IMG/VR virus record: IMGVR_UViG_3300038595_000016
From: a virus
Direction: 5' to 3' (one strand)
Length of the DNA: 39,387 nucleotides
Below are positions 25,320 through 31,849 of this stretch, one piece after another. Under the pieces are notes generated by a model that worked only from the letters and a program-made list of their open reading frames with translations, was not told where the DNA came from and did no database searches. The position numbers and the translations under genes are program-made. Each line of letters opens with the position of its first letter. Position 1 is the stretch's first letter.

Positions 25320-25335
25320 TGTGAGGTTGGTCACA
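25320..25335. promoter_or_regulatory. Perfect TGTGA-N6-TCACA palindrome 3 nt after the terL stop; no -10 at the usual 21-nt offset
   Basis: TGTGAggttggTCACA. The 18 nt AAGTGTGAGGTTGGTCAC are identical to 20917-20934. Confidence 0.5.
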
Positions 25336-25344
25336 AAACAGAAC

Positions 25345-25370
25345 GCCAGTGTAAAAGCTGGCTTTTTTTT
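25345..25370 (+). terminator. Rho-independent terminator after terL
   Basis: GCCAG-tgtaaaag-CTGGC followed by T8. Confidence 0.75.
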
Positions 25371-25373
25371 GTG

Positions 25374-25402
25374 TTGATATTCTGCGAGTGTCGCAGTATT
25401 AT
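25374..25402 (+). promoter_or_regulatory. Sigma70-type promoter for the 25437-26135 cassette
   Basis: TTGATA (25374-25379), 17 nt, TATTAT (25397-25402). Confidence 0.6.
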
Positions 25403-25436
25403 TTACTCATACCAACGAGATGAAGGAAACGGAAAA

Positions 25437-25607
25437 ATGAAACCATCAAAAGCAAACGCAATCATTAACAAAAACCTTAAAGGTGTTTTTATGCAGTCAG
25501 TGATAAAAAGTAAAGGTTGGAGTCAGTTAGAGGCTAGAAGTCGCCTAGTTGAATTTGTTACCACTAACCACGGTCTTTCTCTAAAAGAATTTATGGACTT
25601 AAAATAA
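25437..25607 (+). CDS. Hypothetical 56-aa protein
   Basis: AAGGAA SD. MKPSKANAIINKNLKGVFMQSVIKSKGWSQLEARSRLVEFVTTNHGLSLKEFMDLK. Confidence 0.55.
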   Translation: MKPSKANAIINKNLKGVFMQSVIKSKGWSQLEARSRLVEFVTTNHGLSLKEFMDLK

Positions 25608-25723
25608 TGACAGTTTGTGGATGGTTTGTATTTATTACCCTAATAGGAGGGCCGCTTATATGTGTTGTGGTGATTTTGTTTCTTGCGTATTTAAAGAAAA
25701 TTGGAGTTTATCATGGAGAATGA
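25607..25723 (+). CDS. 38-aa strongly hydrophobic peptide (single TM)
   Basis: TAATG overlap with the upstream stop. Hand-translated MTVCGWFVFITLIGGPLICVVVILFLAYLKKIGVYHGE. Confidence 0.45.
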   Translation: MTVCGWFVFITLIGGPLICVVVILFLAYLKKIGVYHGE

Positions 25724-25961
25724 AATAGACCTTCTAGCCAATTACATTGACAAGGTTGACTACGCGAATACTTTTCACGATATAGCTGGAGAAAGAAAAC
25801 ATTCAATAGCAAAGATTGCTGGCGATAGATTAAAAATGCTTAACGACTTGCTTTGCACTATTCATCGAGATGGTGGTCAATATATTGCTGAGCATGGTTA
25901 CAAAAAAGCAACCGAAGACGCGTTAACGATAGCTTCTAGACTTGTTCAAGAGGGCGAATAA
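25713..25961 (+). CDS. Hypothetical 82-aa protein
   Basis: GGAG lies 7 nt before ATG 25713. Confidence 0.6.
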   Translation: MENEIDLLANYIDKVDYANTFHDIAGERKHSIAKIAGDRLKMLNDLLCTIHRDGGQYIAEHGYKKATEDALTIASRLVQEGE

Positions 25962-26135
25962 ATGACCCCATCCCAACGAGCAAAGGAGCTAGGCTGTCGT
26001 AGCCTGGCTCAAGTTATCAAGTATTCAGAAGTACCAGAGCGCACGCTTCACGACTGGTTCAAAAATTACCCCAAGCGGTTTGATATGGCTTGTATTTACA
26101 CGCGAGAAGTTAAATATGGGAAGTTGGTTGTGTGA
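25962..26135 (+). CDS. 57-aa HTH-like protein
   Basis: Hand-translated MTPSQRAKELGCRSLAQVIKYSEVPERTLHDWFKNYPKRFDMACIYTREVKYGKLVV. Its TGA stop lies inside the 26131 palindrome. Confidence 0.5.
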   Translation: MTPSQRAKELGCRSLAQVIKYSEVPERTLHDWFKNYPKRFDMACIYTREVKYGKLVV

Positions 26136-26173
26136 CAACCATCACAGACAAAACAAACCACACCCTCTAAACT
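26131..26173 (+). promoter_or_regulatory. Class II CRP-type promoter for the 26205 cassette, nested in a terminator
   Basis: Perfect TGTGAcaaccaTCACA (26131-26146), 21 nt, TAAACT (26168-26173). The -10 is the loop of the terminator hairpin. Confidence 0.5.
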
Positions 26174-26187
26174 GAGGGTGTTTTATT
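26161..26187 (+). terminator. Rho-independent terminator
   Basis: CACCCTC-taaact-GAGGGTG followed by TTTTATT. Confidence 0.75.
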
Positions 26188-26204
26188 GATGTGGAGCAAA
26201 ATAA

Positions 26205-26795
26205 ATGAAAGTTGGTGACAAAGTTAAAGTTGATAAAATTGGCGGGTTTTACCCCACTTACAAGGAGTGGGCTGAGATTGTAGGGGCTAAAAGATGGACT
26301 AATAACAAGTACCCAGAAAGCATGGAGTTTGTTGTTGAGGCAATAGGCAATCACCTTACTGAGAGTATTACGCTCTACCTGTTGTCTAATGATGAGGGCG
26401 AATTTATCTTTGATAACATCCATAGCAATATTGCCACAGTTAAGCGCACACGCACCGAATACGAGAAGGTGACAGAGTCTATCTTTGGCTTGCGCGATGA
26501 GTTTGAGCGCGGGGAGTTGTATACTAAGAAATTCAACCAAGAGTGGCACCAAATAAAAACAGAGGAGCAACTTGGTAACTTACTATCAATGAACGACGAC
26601 CCAACCAAAAACGGAATTTACAGAAAAGTCGAAAGAGAGATTGATTGGCGTGTAGATGCTGATAGCTACTTTTTGAAAACGAAATATCTAGGGATTAACT
26701 GCACTATCGAAGAGGCAATTACACGTAGTGATTATTGCGATGAATTCCTCGAACTATGCCGCGTCGCCCTTCGTGCTAATGGGGAGATTGAGTGA
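26205..26795 (+). CDS. Hypothetical protein (196 aa)
   Basis: GGAG lies 9 nt before ATG 26205. No recognisable motif. Confidence 0.7.
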   Translation: MKVGDKVKVDKIGGFYPTYKEWAEIVGAKRWTNNKYPESMEFVVEAIGNHLTESITLYLLSNDEGEFIFDNIHSNIATVKRTRTEYEKVTESIFGLRDEFERGELYTKKFNQEWHQIKTEEQLGNLLSMNDDPTKNGIYRKVEREIDWRVDADSYFLKTKYLGINCTIEEAITRSDYCDEFLELCRVALRANGEIE

Positions 26796-26935
26796 TGAAA
26801 GTATACGCAAAAGATAAAGATGGAAAACTACTAGCCGGTACTGTGAAAAATTTCACACCAGAACTGTATAGTAAGATTCAGCAGGAAATGAGACAGCACG
26901 GCGCGGTATCAGCAGTACTAGTTTGCGTCAAGTAG
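26795..26935 (+). CDS. Hypothetical 46-aa protein
   Basis: TGATG overlap, with GGGGAG 8 nt upstream. MKVYAKDKDGKLLAGTVKNFTPELYSKIQQEMRQHGAVSAVLVCVK. Confidence 0.5.
   Translation: MKVYAKDKDGKLLAGTVKNFTPELYSKIQQEMRQHGAVSAVLVCVK
26842..26857. promoter_or_regulatory. Perfect intragenic TGTGA-N6-TCACA palindrome with AT-only spacer
   Basis: TGTGAaaaattTCACA, preceded by GGTACT. No -10 at a 21-nt offset on either strand. Confidence 0.4.
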
Positions 26936-26966
26936 ATTAGCCACCATTACCAAACCTTGCTAAAAT

Positions 26967-26995
26967 GCCTCTATATCAAACATAGAGGCTTTTTT
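26967..26995 (+). terminator. Rho-independent terminator ending 1 nt before the portal ATG
   Basis: GCCTCTAT-atcaaac-ATAGAGGC followed by TTTTTT and then ATG 26996. The 3' arm supplies the only SD (AGAGG). Confidence 0.75.
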
Positions 26996-28423
26996 ATGCT
27001 TACAGTAACCTACCATCCAGACTATCTCGAAAACGCCCCTCAGTGGCTGCGCAATTGGGATTGCGTCATGGATAACATCAAGCGCAAGAAACAAACCTAT
27101 CTGCCAAACCTTGGCGCTATTCCACCTGAAGCAAAGACTGACCCAAAAGTAACCGCACTTGCTGCCAAGATTGAGAAGGATTGGGAGGATTTAACCTGGC
27201 GTTTGGCTAACTACGTTAACATCGTTAACCCTACTATGAATGCGATCACTGGCGCCGTGATGCGCCGCGAACCAGAGTTCGATACGGTGGACAATCCGGT
27301 GTTAATGGGCTTGCGTGACAACCTAGACGGCAAAGGCAACGGCATTGACCAAGAGTGCAAACAGGCGTTAAACGCACTGCAATGGGGCTCTCGCTGTGGT
27401 TGGCTGGTTCGCTCACATCCAGAATCGGCAACAATGGCGGATTGGAACAAAGGTAAAAAGCTACCTACGTCCGCATTCTATGACGCATTACATATCATTG
27501 ACTGGGAGGTTGAATATATCGACGGTGAAGAAAAGCTGACCTACTTGTCATTGCTTGAGGATTGCCAAGAGCGAGACGGAGGCACGTATGTTTCAAAGCA
27601 AAAGTTGATTAACCACCGCTTAGTTAACGGACTTTGTGAATACCAGGAAGTGACGGACGACGAATACACCGATGAGTGGACACCTGTTTTAATTAATAAC
27701 AAGCAGTCTGATACAATCCCGTTTTTTCTTGTATCCTCGCAATCTAACGAATGGGCGATTGACTCCACGCCGTTAACATCACTGGCTGAAATCTCGCTGT
27801 CTATCTATGTTATGAATGCCTATTCCAACAAGGCCATGATTTTAGCCAATGAGGCTAAGTGGATGGTTGATATGGGTGATATGGATAAGACAATGAATGA
27901 GGAAATGAACCCGCTTGGCTTCACGCTCGCTGGTCGTATGCCTTACTACGTTAAGAATGGCGATGTAAAGGTTATTCAAGCCCAATTCTCACCAGAGACA
28001 GAGAACAAGGTAGAAAAACTATTCGAGCAAGCCGTTAAGGTTGGTGCAAGTCTATTCACGCAACAATCAAACGAGACAGCTACAGGCGCGGCTATTCGCT
28101 CAGGCGCATCTACTGCAAGCATGGCAACCCTTGGTAATAACGTAGAAGATACGGTGCATAATATGCTGCGTTTTATCATGCGCTACTTTGAAGGTACTAA
28201 TCTGCATGTGAAACCTGATGAGTTGGTGTTTAAGTTGAATCGTGATTATTTTGATGTTGAGGTCAATCCGCAGATGCTACAGGTGGCTTACGCGGCTATG
28301 ATGGAAGGTAACTTGCCTCAAGTGTCATGGTTTGAGTTATTAAAACGTGCGCGTGTTGTCCGTGGGGATATGTCAAAAGAAGAATTCGACGAGCATATAG
28401 CGGAGCTTGGTTTCGGAATGTAA
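26996..28423 (+). CDS. Portal protein
   Basis: 476 aa. It is the first large ORF after terL and lies upstream of the Mu-F-like head protein. The N-terminal YHPDYLENAPQWLRNWDCVMD resembles portals of the DUF4055 type (from memory). Confidence 0.7.
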   Translation: MLTVTYHPDYLENAPQWLRNWDCVMDNIKRKKQTYLPNLGAIPPEAKTDPKVTALAAKIEKDWEDLTWRLANYVNIVNPTMNAITGAVMRREPEFDTVDNPVLMGLRDNLDGKGNGIDQECKQALNALQWGSRCGWLVRSHPESATMADWNKGKKLPTSAFYDALHIIDWEVEYIDGEEKLTYLSLLEDCQERDGGTYVSKQKLINHRLVNGLCEYQEVTDDEYTDEWTPVLINNKQSDTIPFFLVSSQSNEWAIDSTPLTSLAEISLSIYVMNAYSNKAMILANEAKWMVDMGDMDKTMNEEMNPLGFTLAGRMPYYVKNGDVKVIQAQFSPETENKVEKLFEQAVKVGASLFTQQSNETATGAAIRSGASTASMATLGNNVEDTVHNMLRFIMRYFEGTNLHVKPDELVFKLNRDYFDVEVNPQMLQVAYAAMMEGNLPQVSWFELLKRARVVRGDMSKEEFDEHIAELGFGM

Positions 28424-28430
28424 AAAGAAA

Positions 28431-28450
28431 GGGCCAATTAAGGCCCTTTT
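28431..28450. terminator. Bidirectional terminator between the convergent portal and 28452 genes
   Basis: GGGCC-aattaa-GGCCC, flanked by an A-run upstream and a T-run downstream. Confidence 0.75.
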
Positions 28451-28451
28451 G

Positions 28452-29120
28452 TTATTGTTTGCGGTAGCCGACGCTTTCAGCTAATTGAATGTAAACGCTC
28501 TGCCATTCATCGCGAAGCTCCGCCCATGTGTTTGGTGTGCCTGCAATGTCATGATTCATTTCTATACTACTCATTAAATCATAAATAGCCTTGCCGTTTT
28601 CAATTCGCTCACGCTCGGCTTTTTGTTCTGGCGTTTCTGGTTTGCGTAGCTCCTGATAATTCAAGTCGATAATCTCAAATTCAGAATGTTTGTAATCTCC
28701 ATTGTTTTGCACAACTACAGTTTTATCGTTATTTGCTACCACAACGCACGGAACCCAATATCCGCCACGCTTTCCTTTCCACTCACACTCGACTCCAACC
28801 GGCGGCAATCCATTACCGCACCAATCAACTTTTGATTTCAGCCCTAACCACTCATCAAGCTGGTCTAGGGTGATTTCTTGGGCGTCAATACCGTAATTAT
28901 CATTGTTGTCGTAAAGCACTGTAATATTATCGTCGTCAACTCCGAAATAATTGAAATGGGTATCATACGCATCTTGGTAGCTGTGTTTTCTGTTTGTGTT
29001 CACGATACATTCATCAGCAACCGCCCCAGCATCAACACACTTATCAAAAGCATCTTGCACCATTTGCGGCGTAATGTCGTCGGTGATGCGGATGTAGAAT
29101 GGTTTTACTTTATTTGTCAT
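28452..29120 (-). CDS. Hypothetical accessory protein (222 aa), reverse-oriented in the head module
   Basis: ORF track. Central DWCGNGLPPVGVECEWKGKRGGYWVPCVVVA suggests a small beta domain. No functional motif recognised. Confidence 0.75.
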   Translation of the reverse strand: MTNKVKPFYIRITDDITPQMVQDAFDKCVDAGAVADECIVNTNRKHSYQDAYDTHFNYFGVDDDNITVLYDNNDNYGIDAQEITLDQLDEWLGLKSKVDWCGNGLPPVGVECEWKGKRGGYWVPCVVVANNDKTVVVQNNGDYKHSEFEIIDLNYQELRKPETPEQKAERERIENGKAIYDLMSSIEMNHDIAGTPNTWAELRDEWQSVYIQLAESVGYRKQ

Positions 29121-29382
29121 TGTTTTGGTCCTTTAGTTGGTTTAGTAGCGACTCAGCGTTGCTGATAATGTGAATAATATCCTTTTTGCAGTTGTCTGGA
29201 TTTACAAGTCTTTCCAGTACCTCTCGCAACTTCGCATTCTCTTCGGTAAGGCGGTCGTGATTATCAAGTATCAGTGCGGCCTGCCTCGCTTCTTCTGGCG
29301 TGTCGCCGTCAATCATGAGTGTTGCCTCGCCATTAATCCAAACGCAATCATCAACCGGAGATATCCGCATGTTGTATTTCAC
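29110..29382 (-). CDS. Hypothetical accessory protein (about 90 aa), coiled-coil C-terminus
   Basis: Track ORF 29110-29388 (TTG). GTG 29382 lies 7 nt after GAGGA. 11-nt overlap with the downstream gene. Confidence 0.65.
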   Translation of the reverse strand: MKYNMRISPVDDCVWINGEATLMIDGDTPEEARQAALILDNHDRLTEENAKLREVLERLVNPDNCKKDIIHIISNAESLLNQLKDQNNDK

Positions 29383-29412
29383 ATCCAAGTCCTCATCGTT
29401 TGTGTTTCATGT

Positions 29413-29455
29413 ATAATAACCCCATCATTCGAATTTATCTGTGAGGCCCGTCACA
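29413..29455 (-). promoter_or_regulatory. Class II CRP-type promoter for the reverse 29382-28452 cassette
   Basis: Perfect TGTGAggcccgTCACA (29440-29455), 21 nt, TATTAT (29418-29413 on the minus strand). The site also covers the SD region of the + strand gene starting at 29457. Confidence 0.65.
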
Positions 29456-29456
29456 A

Positions 29457-30524
29457 ATGGCAGAAACAGCACTGGCAACAACGCTATCGCATGAAATAGC
29501 ACTTATCCGGTTTAGTCGGTCACTTGGTCGTAATGCACAGACGCATATTGACGCGATTATGAAAGCGCTGCGTGAAGAGTTGCTATCAACCGATACAATC
29601 CCAACAAAGAAGCGCCGTGATGAGCTTCTAGCGCTTGTTAATGAGCTAATTGGTGTAGAGCTTGGAGGCTGGTCAGAAGAACTAGAGAGCGAGCTTGTTG
29701 CGCTTGCTAAGGAAGAGGCGAAGTTTCATCAGGCTTCGCTATCGAATCTAATTGGTCAGAAAATCGCACGACCAACGCTAGAGTCGATCATTAAGACTGC
29801 ATTTAACACTGAGATGGTTTTAAACAACCAAGCCTATACAGTCGATGAACGCATCAAAAATTACAATGCAAACTCTGCTGATAGAATTAAGCGCATTGTT
29901 ACTGGTGGCTGGCGTGACGGTTTGACCACTTACGAAATGAGCCAGCAGATTACAGGCAGACAAAACTCATCGGTTAGCAACCAGATGAAGCGCGGGTCAT
30001 TTACGTTAGCTAAGGACGTGACAAGTCACATTTCGTCAACCGCTAAGACTTCGGTTGGTATGGCTAATCAGGATGTGGTAATTGGTGAGGCTGTAGTCGT
30101 TACACTCGATAGTAGAACAAGTCCAATTTGTCAGCGTTTGGGCAGTCTTGATGGTGGTGGCAAAAAATATTACTACGCGAAAGATGGATTTAACTTTCCG
30201 AGAAATCCTTTCCATTGGAATTGCCGTTCCACTATGCGCTATATCCTTTCCGATGAATTCGAAGAGCTAGAAGAGCCGCGCACAAGGCCAGCAGTTGTCC
30301 AGGGCAAGGCTAAGCGTGTGGATAGTGAAAAATCATGGCTTGATTTGGCTAAGGAAAATAAAAACCTTGCTATAGAGTCACTAGGTGAAGAAAGAGCGAA
30401 GTTATTGGAGGGCATGTCATCAGAAGAGTTTGTGAAACTTGCTTATGATCGCATGGGGAATCCAATTACTCTTGACCAACTTGTGGCCAAGAGCAAAAAA
30501 GCCGCTAGGATTTTGAAGAGATAG
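29457..30524 (+). CDS. Head morphogenesis protein (SPP1 gp7 / Mu F-like minor head protein)
   Basis: LDSRTSPICQRLGSLDG...NFPRNPFHWNCRSTMRYI matches the Phage_Mu_F signature (T..C..l.g...pP.H.nCRc). Confidence 0.85.
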   Translation: MAETALATTLSHEIALIRFSRSLGRNAQTHIDAIMKALREELLSTDTIPTKKRRDELLALVNELIGVELGGWSEELESELVALAKEEAKFHQASLSNLIGQKIARPTLESIIKTAFNTEMVLNNQAYTVDERIKNYNANSADRIKRIVTGGWRDGLTTYEMSQQITGRQNSSVSNQMKRGSFTLAKDVTSHISSTAKTSVGMANQDVVIGEAVVVTLDSRTSPICQRLGSLDGGGKKYYYAKDGFNFPRNPFHWNCRSTMRYILSDEFEELEEPRTRPAVVQGKAKRVDSEKSWLDLAKENKNLAIESLGEERAKLLEGMSSEEFVKLAYDRMGNPITLDQLVAKSKKAARILKR

Positions 30525-30529
30525 GAATT

Positions 30530-30549
30530 GGGAGCTTCGGCTCCTTTTT
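30530..30549 (+). terminator. Rho-independent terminator
   Basis: GGGAGC-ttcg-GCTCC followed by TTTTTCTTT. Confidence 0.8.
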
Positions 30550-30554
30550 CTTTA

Positions 30555-30597
30555 TGTGACCATTATCACAACATTGCCACATCAGCTAGGGTATAGT
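30555..30597 (+). promoter_or_regulatory. Class II CRP-type promoter for the 30627-31265 cassette
   Basis: Perfect TGTGAccattaTCACA (30555-30570), 21 nt, TATAGT (30592-30597). GGAGG SD before ATG 30627. Confidence 0.7.
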
Positions 30598-30626
30598 TTG
30601 TGCTGTTGGATTAATGGAGGCTACAA

Positions 30627-30941
30627 ATGAAAAACAACAAAGTACGCATGAACATTTCACGCGAAATGCACGAATGGTTTACCGCTATTGATGGGAAGAC
30701 TAATGATGAGAGAATGAGGCGAGTTATTGAAATAAATGACGACTACAAAGCCTTGTTAGTCAGAAGCAATAAATTGGAAAAAGCGCTACAAGAGTCTCGC
30801 AAGGTTAATCGCGAGTGGTTCGGAAAGATGATGATGTATCGTGCGAATAATTCCATCCTTAAAAGCCTGTTTGTGTCGTCAGTGGCAGCATCAATCATTT
30901 CTGTTGGCTATCTAGCCTATGCGCAAGGGTGGTTTTTATGA
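30627..30941 (+). CDS. Hypothetical tail-anchored membrane protein (104 aa)
   Basis: Soluble coiled-coil N-part and a C-terminal LFVSSVAASIISVGYLAYAQGWF TM segment. Confidence 0.7.
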   Translation: MKNNKVRMNISREMHEWFTAIDGKTNDERMRRVIEINDDYKALLVRSNKLEKALQESRKVNREWFGKMMMYRANNSILKSLFVSSVAASIISVGYLAYAQGWFL

Positions 30942-31123
30942 AAGTAAGCGAATTGTGCGGAGTTGGCTCATCAAGTGCCGCAAAAGGATTCAAAAAAGAT
31001 GCAGAACAGCGCGACATGATTAAGCATCGAGAAACCAAGCGTCGTGATATTGAAGATATCAACCAATTCATGGCAACGCTGGCGGAGATATGTCCTGAAT
31101 ACTACGGGAGCAAAAATGATTGA
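30938..31123 (+). CDS. Hypothetical 61-aa protein
   Basis: ATGA overlap with the upstream stop. Confidence 0.6.
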   Translation: MKVSELCGVGSSSAAKGFKKDAEQRDMIKHRETKRRDIEDINQFMATLAEICPEYYGSKND

Positions 31124-31265
31124 CCAACGCACGAAAGGCATATGCAAAAAGCGCGCGACATTCACAAATGCGCCTTCATTCAAAGAGCATCAAGAGTTTA
31201 TGCGTGAGTCTAGTCGCGCAATGTGGAAGAAGTACATAAAAGATATTAAAGACAACCGCCCATAG
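31116..31265 (+). CDS. Hypothetical basic 49-aa protein
   Basis: GGGAG lies 5 nt before ATG 31116; 8-nt overlap with the upstream gene. Confidence 0.55.
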   Translation: MIDQRTKGICKKRATFTNAPSFKEHQEFMRESSRAMWKKYIKDIKDNRP

Positions 31266-31278
31266 TGGCGGTTTTTCT
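31254..31278 (+). terminator. Rho-independent terminator overlapping the stop of the 31116 gene
   Basis: AACCGCC-catagt-GGCGGTT followed by TTTCTTTATTT. Confidence 0.75.
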
Positions 31279-31282
31279 TTAT

Positions 31283-31310
31283 TTGATATGCGTCACAGTT
31301 TTGCTATAAT
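31283..31310 (+). promoter_or_regulatory. Near-consensus sigma70 promoter with no ORF downstream
   Basis: TTGATA (31283-31288), 16 nt, TATAAT (31305-31310). A TTTGA-N6-TCACA near-palindrome (31282-31297) overlaps the -35 and spacer. Confidence 0.65.
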
Positions 31311-31316
31311 TGGGTT

Positions 31317-31437
31317 GTTGATTGGTGTGGTAGCCGATAGACAAAGATAGGGTTTAGTCAGACTTATTGAGAACAAAAGCTTTCATCATTACGCCTTTGT
31401 TACTACCACCTCAGTAAGTCCGCCTAAGCCCTTTTTT
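31317..31437 (+). ncRNA. Candidate ~120-nt phage sRNA (about 33-nt 5' tail, long imperfect hairpin, U6)
   Basis: 31350-31371 pairs with 31410-31431 (20 of 22 pairs, counted by hand) and 31372-31380 pairs with 31393-31401 (8 of 9). The GGG/CCC clamp is followed by TTTTTT at 31432-31437. Stops occur in all frames. Confidence 0.45.
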
Positions 31438-31635
31438 ATTGCCTTTCACACCCTCATATCAACCGCTTTCTAGCGGGCTTTGCACAGCGTTACCAAACCC
31501 GAACAATTTAACTATATGATGCTAAGCAATACGACTTTTGAGCCGAGGAAAAAGCAGGTTTCTAAGTGGTGATTATCGGCACGAAAAATAACGAATTGGG
31601 TCACTCCAAGTTTTTAGCCTAGTAAGTTAAACGTT

Positions 31636-31721
31636 ATGTGTCACACGAGCGACAACTCTATACTGTTCTGCATATTGTGATTGTTTAGACTACATCAAAA
31701 GGGCTTATTAATGTGTCACAC
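31636..31721. repeat. Two copies of ATGTGTCACAC (31636-31646 and 31711-31721), 75-bp period, inside the ORF-free island
   Basis: Read directly. The core TGTG-T-CACA is an inverted repeat. Each copy is followed 9-10 nt later by CTCTA(T/A). Confidence 0.8.
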
Positions 31722-31767
31722 CACTTAAAGGCTCTAATGACCACTATTCTTTAAATTTAGCCTACAG

Positions 31768-31811
31768 TTGCCTGTCAATGTTAAATGCCTTAAAATGTGA
31801 GCTATGACACA
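31768..31811 (+). promoter_or_regulatory. Sigma70-type promoter for the scaffold/capsid operon, with a palindrome copy abutting the -10
   Basis: TTGCCT (31768-31773), 17 nt, TAAAAT (31791-31796). TGTGAgctatgaCACA (31796-31811, one mismatch) starts at the last base of the -10. Confidence 0.5.
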
Positions 31812-31849
31812 GATTCGCGTTGATGATGTGGGAAAATGAGAGGCAACAA

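Noticed and set aside
31266-31849. tRNA, CRISPR array or decayed protease gene in the ORF-free island
   Set aside because: I could not find a T-loop (GTTCRANYC) or a cloverleaf. There are only two short direct repeats with no spacer-repeat periodicity. Frequent stops in all frames give no readable protein remnant, although a tblastx check would still be needed to exclude a pseudogene.
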